Assembly (NCBI GenBank): GCA_965644295.1
Contig: CBFFRP010000297.1
Coordinates: 496,001-560,000 of the forward strand
DNA length: 64,000 bases
Direction: 5' to 3'
Origin: Paraphysomonas bandaiensis
Lineage: Eukaryota; Protista; Chrysophyceae
The translations under genes were made by a program, and so were the position numbers. Position 1 is the stretch's first letter. The number at the start of each line of letters is the position of its first letter. Positions 24,657 through 37,428 of the stretch are shown in pieces. The notes beneath the pieces are model-generated. The model was not told the DNA's origin. It made no database searches and saw only the letters and a program-made list of their open reading frames with translations.

Positions 24657-26494
24657 ATTATACTATATAGTGTGACTAAGTGTGAATAGAAGTAAGTGTT
24701 ACTAAGTGTGAATAGAAGTAAGTGTTACTAAGTGTCGAAAGGTTATGTAAGTGTTACGTTGTATCGAATGTTAGTTAATGGTAAAAATGAAACAAACTAA
24801 GACTAAGGAACAGATAGCAAAAAATATTACTAAGTAGAAACAAACGATGCAGGAACAAGTGTTAAGTCAGCCGACGGAAATGAATCGGTTTCAGTGAGCT
24901 GGTCATGATACCGTGATGTCTCCAGTTCGGCTGTTCGAGCTGCCACATGCTGCTGCTCGTTTAAAGTATCCATTCTCTTGCGGCGAATATTAGTAACGAA
25001 TCATTTCATCCAGTGTATCTGGACAAGTAAGAGCATGCAATGTCTGATAGAAGGGATCAGGACTGCAGGATCGTCAGGCAAGGGAGTAAAATCTTCCTCA
25101 AGCTCCAGAGCGCAAGTAAAACTCCAGGATTGTCAGGCAAGGGATTTTTACTTGCGCTCTGGAGTATATTCTGGATACGAGTGTATGGATGGGAGTTCTA
25201 TGAGCTCTACTGGGATGCCCTTCGCGCTAACGAGAACAAAAGCGTCGTTTTTCATCGTCTTGTCCAAAAAATATACCGCAGAAGCCAATCAGAAATGGAG
25301 CATGCCAATAAAGAAGTGTCACTCCAGGCAACACTCACTGTGAGGACACGAATCTTAGTCGTGATGATAACTCTGACTTGATTGCAGTGAAGTTGTGATT
25401 GTGTAGTAATCGCAAATGCTATGCGGCTGACTAAAGTGTGACGTCGAACAGAACATTGAAGTATTGGCAGGCACTGGTATATGAACAGCGTTTCGGAACT
25501 CCAAGAAGCAGATAGGGATGGTTTGAGGGAACAAGATATCATCCAGCTGAAATCTTGATGTCGTGTTGCAGAAACCGCAACTTCAATTTTGAAGTAGCGA
25601 ATGCCACGCACTTAGATTGTGATTTCTTGGAATTCCAATAAGGCAACAATTCTGTCTGTGGGAATATAAGATCCAGCAGAATATGTCGATCCAGAAAAAA
25701 AATCCAGGCTTTTTTGATGCATGTTGTTTTTAGACGAATATATTTCAGAGAAATAACGAAAAGAGGTCGATTTTTTTGTTGGATCGACATATTCTGCTGG
25801 ATCGACTTATTGTTCCCACAGAAGGAATTTGAAAGAGCGAACAATACACAGTGAATCGTGCCATTATTAACTGTGAGTTCGTATAGCAAGCTTCATTACT
25901 ATGCGGGAGAGCTATTGTAAAGGTTTATGCCTCATTATCGACAAAATGAGCGTGACAAGTGGGTTCCCGTGACCTGTAGAAAAGCGGAGAGTGTATGTCT
26001 CGAGGTTATTCAAGATGACGCAAGCAAGCAGAATGCCTATTAGATTGGAGGGGAGTAAAGCATTTGAAATGCGCAGTGAAAGTTCAGTCCGAGTACGTCG
26101 TTGATTCATGTGCTGATTTACAGCATGAAACCGTGTTTGAAATGGAAAAAGAAGACCATGCAGGTGAGGTAGTGGATATGCTCGACTTACTGAGCAATGC
26201 TCTCAGTCGTGGTAAAAAGAGAAATAATGTATCAGAAATGGCTTTAAGCTCCAGAGACTCCCGGCTAGTGTCAGGTAATAAGTATTGGTACTAGAGACTA
26301 GAGTAGTGAGTGTGTAGCTGGAGTACTATTGGGCTGTTGAGTAATAATCAGTTCATTCATTGGGGTACAGTTATTGCTTTTCTGTTACATGCGCAAGCAA
26401 TAATGAGAACTAGATGGTACTGTACTGAACTATAAGATTAGGTGAAATTTAGCATATATCAAGATTTGTCGTTAATTTGCAGCAAACGCATGCA
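24657..26494 (+). repeat. 1838-bp tandem unit, copy 2
   Basis: All six ORFs are identical to those of copy 1. Confidence 0.9.
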
Positions 26495-26529
26495 TGTGTA
26501 TGTTAATATATGAATATTATATATATGGT

Positions 26530-28418
26530 GTTACTAAGTTGTTACTAAGTGTGAATAGAAGTAAGTGTTACTAAGTAAGTGTTACTAAGTTGTTACTAAG
26601 TGTGAATAGAAGTAAGTGTTACTAAGTGTCGAAAGGTTATGTAAGTAAAAGTTACGTTGTATCGAATGTTAGTTAATGGTAAAAATGAAACAAACTAAGA
26701 CTAAGGAACAGATAGCAAAAAATATTACTAAATAAGTAGAAACAAACGATGCAGGAAGCAGTGTTAAGTCAGCCGACGGAAATGAATTGGTTTCAGTGAG
26801 CTGGTCATGATACCGTGATGTCTCCAGTTCGGCTGTTCGAGCTGCCACATGCTGCTGCTCGTTTAAAGTATCCATTCCCTTGCGGCGAATATTAGTAACG
26901 AATCATTTCATCCAGTGTATCTGGACAAGTAAGAGCATGCAATGTCTGATAGAAGGGATCAGGACTGCGGTCTTCCATGATCGAACACTCTGCAGGATCG
27001 TCAGGCAAGGGAGTAAAATCTTCCTCAAGCTCCAGAGCGCAAGTAAAACTCCAGGATTGTCAGGCAAGGGAGTTTTACTTGCGCTCTGGAGTATATTCTG
27101 GATACGAGTGTATGGATGGGAGTTCTATGAGCTCTACTGGGATGCCCTTCGCGCTAACGAGAACAAAAGCGTCGTTTTTCATCGTCTTGTCCAAAAAAAT
27201 ATACCGCAGAAGCCAATCAGAAATGGAGCATGCCAATAAAGAAGTGTCACTCCAGGCAACACTCACTGTGAGGACACGAATCTTAGTCGTGATGATAACT
27301 CTGACTTGATTGCAGTGAAGTTGTGATTGTGTAGTAATCGCAAATGCGGCTGACTAAAGTGTGACGTCGAACAGAACATTGAAGTATGGGCAGGCACTGG
27401 TATGTGAACAGCGTTTTGGAACTCCAAGAAGCAGATAGGGATGGTTTGAGGGAACAAGATACCATCATCCAGCTGAAATCTTGATGTCGTGCTGCAGAAA
27501 CCGCAACTTCAATTTTGAAGTAGCGAATGCCACGCACTTAGATAGTGATGTCTTGGAATTCCAATAAGGCAACAATTCTGTGTGTGGGAATATAAGATCC
27601 AGCAGAATATGTCGATCCAGCAAAAAAATCCAGGTTTTTTTGATGCATGCTGTTTTTTGACGAATATATTTCAGAGAAATAACGAAAAAAGGTCGATTTT
27701 TTTGCTGGATCGACATATTCCGCTGGATCGACTTATTCCCACAGAAGGAATTTGAGAGAGCGAATACACTGTGAATCGTGCCATTATTAACTGTGAGTTC
27801 GTATTGCAAGCTTCATCACTATGCGGGAGAGCTATTGTGAAGGTTTATGCCTCATTATCGACAAAATGAGCGTGACAAGTGGGTTCCCGTGACCTGTAGA
27901 AAAGCGGAGAGTGTATGTCTCGAGGTTATTGAAGACGACGCAAGCAAGCAGTATGCCTATTAGTATTGGAGGGGAGAAAAGCATTTGAAATGCGCAGTGA
28001 AAGTTCAGTCCGAGTACGTCGTTGATTCATGTGCTGATTTACAGCATGAAACCGTGTTTGAAATGGAAAAAGAAGACCATGCAGGTGAGGTAGTGGATAT
28101 GCTCGACTTACTGAGCAATGCTCTCAGTCGTGGTAAAAAGAGAAATAATGTATCAGAAATGGCTTTAAGCTCCAGAGACTCCCGGCTAGTGTCAGGTAAT
28201 AAGTATTGGTACTAGAGACTAGAGTAGTAGAGTGTGTAGCTGGAGTACTATTGGTCTGTTGAGTAATAATCAGTTCATTCATTGGGGTACAGTTATTGCT
28301 TTTCTGTTACATGCGCAAGCAATAATGAGAACTAGATGGTGTACTGTAATGAACTATAAGATTAGGTGAAATTTAGCATATATCAAGATTTGTCGTTAAT
28401 TTGCAGCAAACGCATGCA
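26530..28418 (+). repeat. Tandem unit, copy 3 (diverged, with indels)
   Basis: Same sequence with substitutions and an extra ~22-nt segment (GTCTTCCATGATCGAACACT) near 26970. Confidence 0.9.
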
Positions 28419-28811
28419 TGTGTATGTGTCATATATCTTATGGAGAAACAGTACTTATGCATAGCATCAAGTATTCCAATAAGAACACATTAGTATATGT
28501 GTATATATCGCACTCCATAGTATACATGTTTTTGTTTAAATAATAATTCTTAACGAAATCAAATTTAATCGTGATACTGAAAGAAATCAAAATAGTATAT
28601 GCCGCAATAATACCCATTCTGAGAATGCATGCTGGCACTGCTACCCATATCAGAGTCACACAAGATTATCATTATCAAACATATTATTACTTGATGCCTC
28701 ATTGATTCATGATCGTACTTTCACCGTTACGTGCAATACAAGTACGCAAGCCAAAACGTCCAGAGCAATAAAGGTCAAAGACATACCACTCAAACAATAC
28801 TATCCATGACT

Positions 28812-29700
28812 CTACTTTGGGCCACCACCTCCCCATTTGGCATTAAGTTCCGCCTTCTTGGCCGCTCTGCGTGCCTTTTCTTCTGCCGCTTTAGCAGCAG
28901 CCTCGCGACCCTCTGTCGATTCTGCCCGGCGCCTCGCCTCCTGCAACTCTGCTTCAACCTCTTCAGCAGTTTTCGTTTTACTGGCCGCATCTAGAGCCTC
29001 CTTTTCTTTCTTCTTGGCCTCCCTTAGAGCCTTCCTTCGGGCTGCCTCCTCCTTGATCTAACTCACACCAGAAAGCTTCAACTAGGTCAAAAACAATATA
29101 CTCGTATTTACCCGTTGTTCATTCGACTTAGTGGTGTCCCCGGAGCTCTCAATTTGACGCTTAAAAAATGCAGACATTCCCGCCACACCAGTCTACAACA
29201 TCCTGATTTATGAGGTACATATACAGATATCACTTGTTTACCATTTTGGACTCTCTCTCAAGCTCCTCGGCCCTCTTGCGTGCAGCCTCTTCCTCGTCCG
29301 CTTTCGCCTTCGCCGCGGCCTCTTCAAGAGCTCTTGCAGCCTCACCAGCTGCCTGTGCCTCAGCCATGGCAGCTTCACGCGCCTCAGCATCAACAAAATT
29401 ATTGGTTTCAGCGAAATCTTTGTCGTAAACATAACAACACCACTCCAAAAAACTCAACTTGTGGTTATTATTCACATCAATGCGAGCGAATGTTTCCCTC
29501 ATTTCAAGAGCCGTTTTCGTGTCCCCTCTGCGCTCAAGAAGCATCATCGCATGATTCTCTTCGAGCTCTCCGGTTTTGTTTAAGTCCAACTTTTTAAATT
29601 CTCTGAGTTCGTTATTTATATCTTGGCGGGACACATCCTTCCACTTCCACAGAAATAGCTCTCGCTGGTCCTCGGGACTCATTGAATTAAACGTTGCCAT
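28812..29700 (-). CDS. EF-hand plus coiled-coil protein, ABP34 (calcium-regulated actin-bundling protein)-like; exons 29700-29242, 29192-29112, 29057-28812
   Basis: EF-hands DLNKTGELEE and DVNNNHKLSFLEW; ESKM|TGVAGMSAFF.. followed by an A/E/K/R-rich helix; the spliced frame is intact to TAG. Confidence 0.75.
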
Positions 29701-29977
29701 GGCTCTTGAGACGTGTGAGTTAATTAATGGGGTTTATTATGTGTTTATATCTATGTTGGCTGCAGATGGTACGATGAGTAGATAGAGATACGCAGATAGC
29801 AACACTCTCCAGCATATATACACACTGCAGCACATGTATTTGTATGTGCACTGCTACATATACATATACAGTACACATACACAGATACAGATACTGCAGT
29901 CGAGTGTCAGCGGTAGATATCTGCATTGACGTGGTATACGTATACAGAGCAGCATTGTATACAGAGGCTGCAAGAAA

Positions 29978-30089
29978 TAGGTCCCCCTGAAAAAATTAGG
30001 TCCCTCATTTCCTCCCAGCCAAAATAGTCACTTTGAGGTGATTTCCTCAGAGAAAATGAGAAACCTGCCCTTAAATTCTCAGGGACCTA
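29978..30089. mobile_element. Putative ~110-bp MITE
   Basis: TAGGTCCC(CC)TGAAAA at the left and TTCTCAGGGACCTA at the right are inverted; an internal TAGGTCCCT copy is present. Confidence 0.45.
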
Positions 30090-31505
30090 CTGCTGTACCG
30101 CTGCACAGAAGTAGCTATACAACAACAGTTACGGCACTATAGATATCTTATTGTATACGAGTATCTCCACCCTAAGCTCGTACAGTTGACATCAGCACAG
30201 AGAAGTGTCTGTAGTTGTATTTTAAGTATGGATTCCATCAACTGCTGTAGCTATACAGACGAAGGGTTCAACGTGTCGTGTTAGTGTAGACATTATCAAC
30301 ACCAATCAGCAGCAGAAGCAACTCACAAACAATATTATGTTAATCAGAACAGTCAGTGAAATCTAACTCCATTTGTGTATTTTACTCTGGGTAGAGAGAC
30401 AGTAGCGGTACTCTTGGCACTGCAAGCCTACGCACACAATGAGCGTGCGCGTGCTGATAAGCTATTGTTGTGATGTTGGATGTCGAGAAGTTCTGCATTT
30501 GTCTTATCATGGTTCTAGTTAAGAACTATTAGCTATTTTGTGTAGACTTTCTTGTTGAGCCGAATCATAAGATACAATGAATAGTGTTGACCAAATAGTA
30601 AGTAGAAATACTCCAATAGTTTATACAAAGCTTACTTATGTCTAGTACATAGACGCCAAAAGCTACCTAATAATCCAGCATAAAGAACTACTTTTCAGAA
30701 TAATGAAGCAAACCACAGTTTATTACAGTGCATAATAGAGTCGCTATACAAAAGTCATATTCACTAGTTCATTAGCGCTGACTTTAGAATAAGATAACAT
30801 GTGGAGGATGCTTATAAAGAAGTAGTTAGTTAAAAACCTGGCCGTAATTTGATTCACGGACAGTACAGATGAAACAAAAAGTATATTCTTTCATTTCATG
30901 GATACTATATATGTGTTGTGGCCGAATTTAAAGAAAAACTGTGTTGCAAGTTATTGAAATCCAGATCCATTATGACATACAAATAATGTTATTAAAAAAG
31001 ATTATATTGAGTTTTAAATAATTGAGAAAAAGTAAACTACACGAAACTTTCCACATCTGATAAGCGTTCTATACCTATCGAATTCCATTCCTAAACAGGG
31101 TCATCAACATATCTAGCATAAAACGTGTGTTGCGTACCACAACTTCCGTTCACAGATCAAACCAATTCTACATTTACAGTATGAAAGCTAATCGAATAAG
31201 TAAATAACATACACCACGTGAATTCACAATCGATTTCGAAAGATATCAACTCGAAATACGTGCTACGTATAGCACTTGGGCCTCTATCGATATCAAATTA
31301 CACCCTGAGTCTGCTGTTTATACTAGACAGTGACGTGCATTTTAAACACAGTGTAACAGCCAAATATAACAGTGGCATCAATATTGCTGGACGCAATCGA
31401 TGAATGAGAATTTATCTTTTGTAGAGAACAATCCTCCCGCAATTACTGAATGTGGTGGTCTGAAAATGAAACAGCACGTGACAAGTGAAATACGTGCATA
31501 GCATG

Positions 31506-32606
31506 TCAATCCTCGATATGGTTGATTCTATTTAATGCAATATCAACATCTTCTCCATCAGCGTAATGCGCATACGCCCCCGCCTTTCTGCATAGGCCTG
31601 CCGCCTCAACCGATCGCTTCAATATACGCAATCCATAAGGAGACGAGAAGCACACACCCGAACCACTTCCTGGAGAACAGTTGTATGTGCGCATTTGCGC
31701 AGGCCAGGACAATCCTGGAGAACTACCACGCAGTACCTGTAGCAAAGTCCGTGCACTTTCATTGGACCAACTATTAGAAACTACAGCAGCCTGTCTAACA
31801 AGTGCATCCTTCTGTAGTAGCGTTGATATGTGCAGGGAATGAAAATTAGTTCCTATAGCACGCAATTTCCCTTCATGAGTAGGAGGTTTGGGTTTGGCAC
31901 GTAGTAAACTAGTCCAATCAGAACTGCGCACGTCGACTAGTGGCTGGGTGGAGAGAGGACAAGAAACAGACATCACTGCATCGGGGTGAGAGAAGGCAAA
32001 CGCTATATCACATGCTGTCGCTGAGTATATATCCCTCATTCCAAAACTTTCAGAGGTGCTGCCGTCCTTGTGCTTCTTCCCTCCTGCTTGCTGAAGAATA
32101 TGTTCCGTGTCATCCAACTTCCGTAAGCAATAGCTGCCTGAGAATTCTAAGCTAGCATGAGCTGAGAGGGCAATGTTGTATGCACTCCATCCTCCGTTAC
32201 AGTGATGGGGAATCACACCGACATTAAAAAGTGACAGCCCTGGCATATTAAGAGCAATATATTCATTTATGAAACTAGAAAATCCCGAGCCTAGAGGGTC
32301 GTCTGCTGCATAGACTATTCCCACTCTACTGGGACTGTCACAGCGCTCCAGCACCAAACGAAGTGGATCAATGAAACAATCCCCACCAGCATATCCATCG
32401 TGCCACGTGTATGCCCGCTTCTGGAACCGAAACACGTGCTCTACCTTCCTGTGGCACGGATGAGTCTGTCCGCTATCGTCTATAAATATGAAGTGATTGT
32501 TAGTGCTGTGGGCTTCAGAGGACATCAACATCCGCTGTATGTGCTCCACCTCACACCCAACACCGCCAGCGATCTGACCCACACACAAAACTGGGTCGCC
32601 CTGCAT
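31506..32606 (-). CDS. Highly divergent tubulin-superfamily protein (delta/zeta-like), intronless
   Basis: Tubulin landmarks in the right order: QIAGGVG, AYTWHDGY (cf. GNNWAxGY), LERCD, PLGSG, VIP..AYNIAL, C-terminal AGAYAHY (cf. AYLHWY). First ATG at 32606. Confidence 0.65.
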   Translation of the reverse strand: MQGDPVLCVGQIAGGVGCEVEHIQRMLMSSEAHSTNNHFIFIDDSGQTHPCHRKVEHVFRFQKRAYTWHDGYAGGDCFIDPLRLVLERCDSPSRVGIVYAADDPLGSGFSSFINEYIALNMPGLSLFNVGVIPHHCNGGWSAYNIALSAHASLEFSGSYCLRKLDDTEHILQQAGGKKHKDGSTSESFGMRDIYSATACDIAFAFSHPDAVMSVSCPLSTQPLVDVRSSDWTSLLRAKPKPPTHEGKLRAIGTNFHSLHISTLLQKDALVRQAAVVSNSWSNESARTLLQVLRGSSPGLSWPAQMRTYNCSPGSGSGVCFSSPYGLRILKRSVEAAGLCRKAGAYAHYADGEDVDIALNRINHIED

Positions 32607-33006
32607 GAAAGAGTTGGTTGTTTGCAGTGTCTGTGAGGAAGCACATGACAAGTATGCGTCTTGTACACTCCGCTCTCTTCATATACATGTACAGTATGTA
32701 GAAAATTACCGGTTTCTTCTGAATTATGCAGTTTTCGCACGATATAGCTCTCCAAACCCTCACTACACACATAAAATTGCCGATTTCTTTTCAATTATAT
32801 ATGTTTTCATGCAAATAGGCTCCTAAAAATCACACATATCACAGAAAATTCCTGTTTTTCTTGTGAGTGATTTTTGTTCGGTCGTGCGGTGCTTCTGTGC
32901 AACTGCCGTATGATGGTGTTAAGAAACGAACACACTCACATTAAAGCCTCTGAAGGAAACACACATCTGCTCATTGCCGATACCCAACCACTGAATATCC
33001 CTCAAC

Positions 33007-34382
33007 ATGACTGAAATGACAAAGAAAGTTCTCAGGCAGCTGTGCAAAGACAACGACCTCTATTTGACGCCTCACGTTAACGATAAGCTCTATGCGCACT
33101 ATCGAGGCTTCAACAAAATACAAAATCTAGAAGAATACACTGGATTGAGAGTGATTTGGCTGGAAGGAAATGGCTTGCCCAAGATTGAAGGGCTCGATGC
33201 GTTAACTGAATTGAGGACTCTGTTCTTACATGAAAACATAATTGAGAAGATTGAGGGCCTCGACAAGTTGATTGAGCTCGATTCCGTCAACTTAAGCAAA
33301 AACTTTATCTGTCGAATAGAGAATTTATCCAATCTGAAGAAGCTGACATCTCTTAATCTAGCTAACAATCAGCTTCAGAGTGCGGACGATATTGTCCACA
33401 TTTTAGAGGTGCCTTCACTTCAAACCCTCGATGTACAGCACAACAGAATAAACGATGTGGGCATAGTAGATATTGTTGCCCAACTTCCTGATTTGCGCGT
33501 CTTGTACTTACAAGGTAACCCCGTAGTCAAAGATATCAAGCACTACAGAAAGACGATAATATCCCGCTGTAAGCATTTGCGATACCTAGACGATAGACCA
33601 GGTACGTCTGTCATATATTCATAATATGTGACGCCCTCATATGTGTCATCTCTGTAGTATTTGACGATGAAAGGAGGAGAGTTAATGCATGGGCTGCCGC
33701 TTTTGCTGAGGGTGGGTTCGAAGCTGCTCAGGAGGCTGAGCGCGAGGAGATTGCTCTCATTCGCAAAGAAAAAGAAGAAGCCGACGAACGCAGCCGTTTA
33801 GCGTTCGAAAAGCTCGTGAGGGAGGGGCAGGCGAAAAAGAAGCAACAGCAGGAGCAAAATCAGGAGAATGATGGCGCATCAGTGAATTGCAGCACCTCTC
33901 CCAAGCGCAACCCACACTCTGGGGAAACTATCATCCCGATCCCTGAGAGCGAGGAGCTTCGCAAACTTCGAGAGAAACGACTAGCGAAGATCCTTGAGGA
34001 GGGTGACAGTACTGAAAAGTCTACATCACAAGTGGTGGATAAATCGAAGAAAGTTGAAGAACCACTATCAGTCCCTGAGGCTTCTGTCCTTTCTGAAGAA
34101 AAGTGGATTAAGTTTAGCATAACAGAGGACATCGATAGCGACGATAATGCAGCCGATGAAGAGGTTGTGGAGGTTAGTCAGGAGTCGTCTGATCCCGCCT
34201 CCCCTACAGTTTCATCTGAGCCAGTCGAAAACAAGGAAAAATATGTGTCCAAATTTTTCTCTCTCATGGACGAAGCGCAACAGGAAATTCAGGCTGAGGC
34301 CACACATATATCTCTCAACAAAGACACCGATTCGGCTGTGTGTGTGACTGAGAACGTGACTGACTTATATGAATTGGATTAG
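33007..34382 (+). CDS. DNAAF1: Dynein axonemal assembly factor 1 (LRRC50/ODA7); intron 33602-33657
   Basis: [48 protein letters not shown]22-type LRRs, [19 protein letters not shown]|VFDDERR..AW. Confidence 0.95.
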
Positions 34383-34709
34383 ATTCCATTACGCGGTAGT
34401 CACGTGATGTTTCTTTGAACTATTATGTACTTGTAATTAGCGAACATAAGTTTTTTGTAAGTGCTATTAAGCATCCCCTTTCAATTTGAGTCGTTATTGT
34501 ATTCAATTACACCTCCACGAGAGGTAGTCAACAATACTCACACATCTTTGTGTAGATCAAACAGTCAATAAACAATATAGGCTTTATTAAGCAATTGAAG
34601 GAACGAGAAATACACATAGAATAAAATATGACCTCACGATTCTCAGATTACGTACTCAAGATATCAAATAATACTACACTATCCACAACACACAGCAATT
34701 TAACAACAA

Positions 34710-36035
34710 CTATCCACCGTCCTCACTTTCATCAAAACTATGCATATTGTTGTCCCCCGGACTGTGTTCAATATCTGTCTCACTATTGCTATCACGGTCA
34801 ACATCTCCTTGCTGAAAATTCGATTTGAGAGTTTTAGGGTCAACGTACTCTATCTTGTGTTTAAGATCTTCTTCCACCACTTCCAGCTCATTGTATGCCA
34901 TCTCCCGTTGCCTCTCGGCAAAATCAAATAGCCTATCACATGGAAGTTTAAGTGCACTCTTATATTTCTTTGTCAGTGATCGGTCATCAAGGGAGCAGTT
35001 ATCGTCTGCGAATTCAAAAGTAACAGGTTCAACAGGTGCACTACGGGCAAATAATCCACTAAACCTAGTGGAGGCCGCTCCAATTGCTGCATTAACACGA
35101 CATATATGTGACCACACAACTTCAAGGAGTCCTGTAGGCTCTACTCCAGTTGTACTAGCCATTTCATGAAAACGCAAGAAGCACTCTATAAAATCGCGCA
35201 ATTCGAACCATGCATCAGGTCGCTCCCCAATACATCGGAAAGAGCGACGTTTTCCCAGTGGCCGTTTCTTTTCCCCAAGCCGCGCCTCTACAACTTTAGG
35301 ATCATCAACTACAACTTCAATTTCAGCTAAAACACGTTTCCAGAGCTTCTTGTTTGCAACACGGTCGAGCAATTCCTTTTGAAGGCCCATAAATGGGTGT
35401 GTGAATGCTTGTCCGCATTTCCAGTCGTAAATGAGAAACTTTTTCTGGTCGAAATCTGATACCTCCATATATCTGACGGCTCTCTTGACCGCACTTCTGT
35501 GCTTCGTACTCTCCTCTTTCTTATCTGGCCCCCACAGGTCCCCCACTATATCTACTATAGCATTCTTAGTGGGTAATTCATCATTGATTGTAAACCACAC
35601 CCAAAACAACCAGTAGGCACTGTGTCTTTTTTCAACCGATACAATAAAAAATAGAAATGAGAGGGCCTCGACATAAGTTGCATTGAAATCAAAATGTTCC
35701 TCTTCGTTCTTCTGGTTTTTCTTCATTGTCGCTAATATTCCTCTATCAACATTCCTCGAGTCATCAAAAGTTACCACAAATCGCTTCCATAAACTCTGAA
35801 AGGCATGCTTCCACTTTGGGCAAAATATTTCCGAGAATTGTGACATATTAACTTTCTGGTGATAGTCCCTATCGACGTACTCCATGCACGCCAACAGATC
35901 AGCAGCGTCTTTCTTACTCACATTAAATAACGCAAAAATCGACAAGTTTTTTGCCCTGAAGTATTTGACAGCGTTCGTCTGTTCCTCCGCCTGACTCGAT
36001 GCGTTGGTGTTGGTGTTTGTTGGGCGTGTAGTCAT
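34710..36035 (-). CDS. Hypothetical 441-aa protein with degenerate EF-hand-like N-terminal region
   Basis: Long uninterrupted ORF with ATG start; segment MEYVDRDYHQKVNMSQF resembles an EF-hand. Confidence 0.7.
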   Translation of the reverse strand: MTTRPTNTNTNASSQAEEQTNAVKYFRAKNLSIFALFNVSKKDAADLLACMEYVDRDYHQKVNMSQFSEIFCPKWKHAFQSLWKRFVVTFDDSRNVDRGILATMKKNQKNEEEHFDFNATYVEALSFLFFIVSVEKRHSAYWLFWVWFTINDELPTKNAIVDIVGDLWGPDKKEESTKHRSAVKRAVRYMEVSDFDQKKFLIYDWKCGQAFTHPFMGLQKELLDRVANKKLWKRVLAEIEVVVDDPKVVEARLGEKKRPLGKRRSFRCIGERPDAWFELRDFIECFLRFHEMASTTGVEPTGLLEVVWSHICRVNAAIGAASTRFSGLFARSAPVEPVTFEFADDNCSLDDRSLTKKYKSALKLPCDRLFDFAERQREMAYNELEVVEEDLKHKIEYVDPKTLKSNFQQGDVDRDSNSETDIEHSPGDNNMHSFDESEDGG

Positions 36036-36672
36036 ACTGTTCAGGCGCTATCAGACTATACGAACATGTACAGATAACACATCAACTCGATAGATATCAA
36101 ATATCATCATTGTAGTGCTACTGGGAGCAGTGACTATGCCCATCGAACCACATGCTTTGGTTAAAGAGAGTCTTCCGAGGGTCGATTGAACTGTTCTATA
36201 GGTGTGCGCGTATGGGTTTTATTTTTATTGTCCACGAATGTAAAATTACATCACACTCTAATTCCTACCTAGCTGCGGTGCTAAAAATTCTTTCCCACCA
36301 TACGAGAATAAAATGATGGAAAAATCCAAAAAAAGAATTTTTTTAGTCCGTTACAAAAAGGCTATAGGTTCAATGTGCTGCTCCTGCAGTCGTCAGATGT
36401 TGCCACTTGGCAATTTTTCAGCGGCGAAATCTCAGCACCCTCAACACCACACACACCATACCTACACATACATATACACTACTGTGAGTGCAGTGTCGCT
36501 ATACTCATATACGATACTGTACATATACGCATATACGGCACATATACACAGCCGCGTATCGTTCATGCACGCAGCTCTTGCATTCTAGAAAGAGCCTGCA
36601 TTGACTTGCAAGTCATTCCGTATACATTTCATTTACAAACAGGATCGAAGCAAGTAACTCTCGTGAACTACT

Positions 36673-37428
36673 ATGGCAAGAATATCTCTCATCGCAGTGT
36701 TAGCTGTGCTGTGTGTGGCATATGCTAAGAAAAAAGCAGCGGAGCCGGACCCGAAAGAGTGTGAGGTACGTGAGTAAGCCTGTAGAGGCATACGTATGTA
36801 TATGTATGCTGATGTATGAATGCTTATGTATGAAGTGTGACGCTCTCTCTCTGTATATGTATATGTGTGTATATGTATGTGCATGTGGTGCATAGGAGTC
36901 ACTGCTGACCGCATCCGTGCAGGTCTGTATCGCCAATCTTGAGGCTGTGGACAAGATGCTCGTAGGTGACCAAAAGAAAGATAAGGCCGCAGTCAGAGAC
37001 GCTATCGGCAAGAGGTGTACTAAGTCTGGTTTTGGATCGGAGTGGAAGCCCAATCCAGAGCTAACATCTCCTAAAGACGTTAAGATGTGTTACTACTTTG
37101 AACCCATTAAAGAAGCCATCACTGTTCCTTTTATCACTGGTATGCCTAAGGACAGACTGTGTAAGCGTCTTAAGAAGGAGAACCCGGAGATATGTGAGGT
37201 CAAATATCGTAAGTGTGCTCTATAAGTATACACTGTATCCACCACACTAACACGGTATTTGCAGCTATCAAGATTGAGAAGAAAGAGGGTGAGGAGGTTA
37301 ACTACGGGAAAATGAGAGTGAAGCAGCTCAAACAGATCCTGGATCAGAGAGGAGTGAAGTGCACTGGATGTACGGAGAAGACCGAGTACGTGAAGAGGTG
37401 CCAGGAGACTGAGCACCTCGAGATGTAG
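36673..37428 (+). CDS. MANF: MANF/ARMET (CDNF)-like ER protein; exons 36673-36765, 36923-37208, 37265-37428
   Basis: Signal peptide, CEVC, KMCYY, GMP..LCKRLKKENPEICEVKY, and SAP-like KMRVKQLKQIL..GVKCTGCTEKTEYVKR; ends in HLEM. Confidence 0.9.

Noticed and set aside
23140-28215. Short ORFs in the tandem units as functional genes
   Set aside because: They overlap in several frames, are stop-interrupted and are frameshifted between copies; better explained as a decayed ORF.
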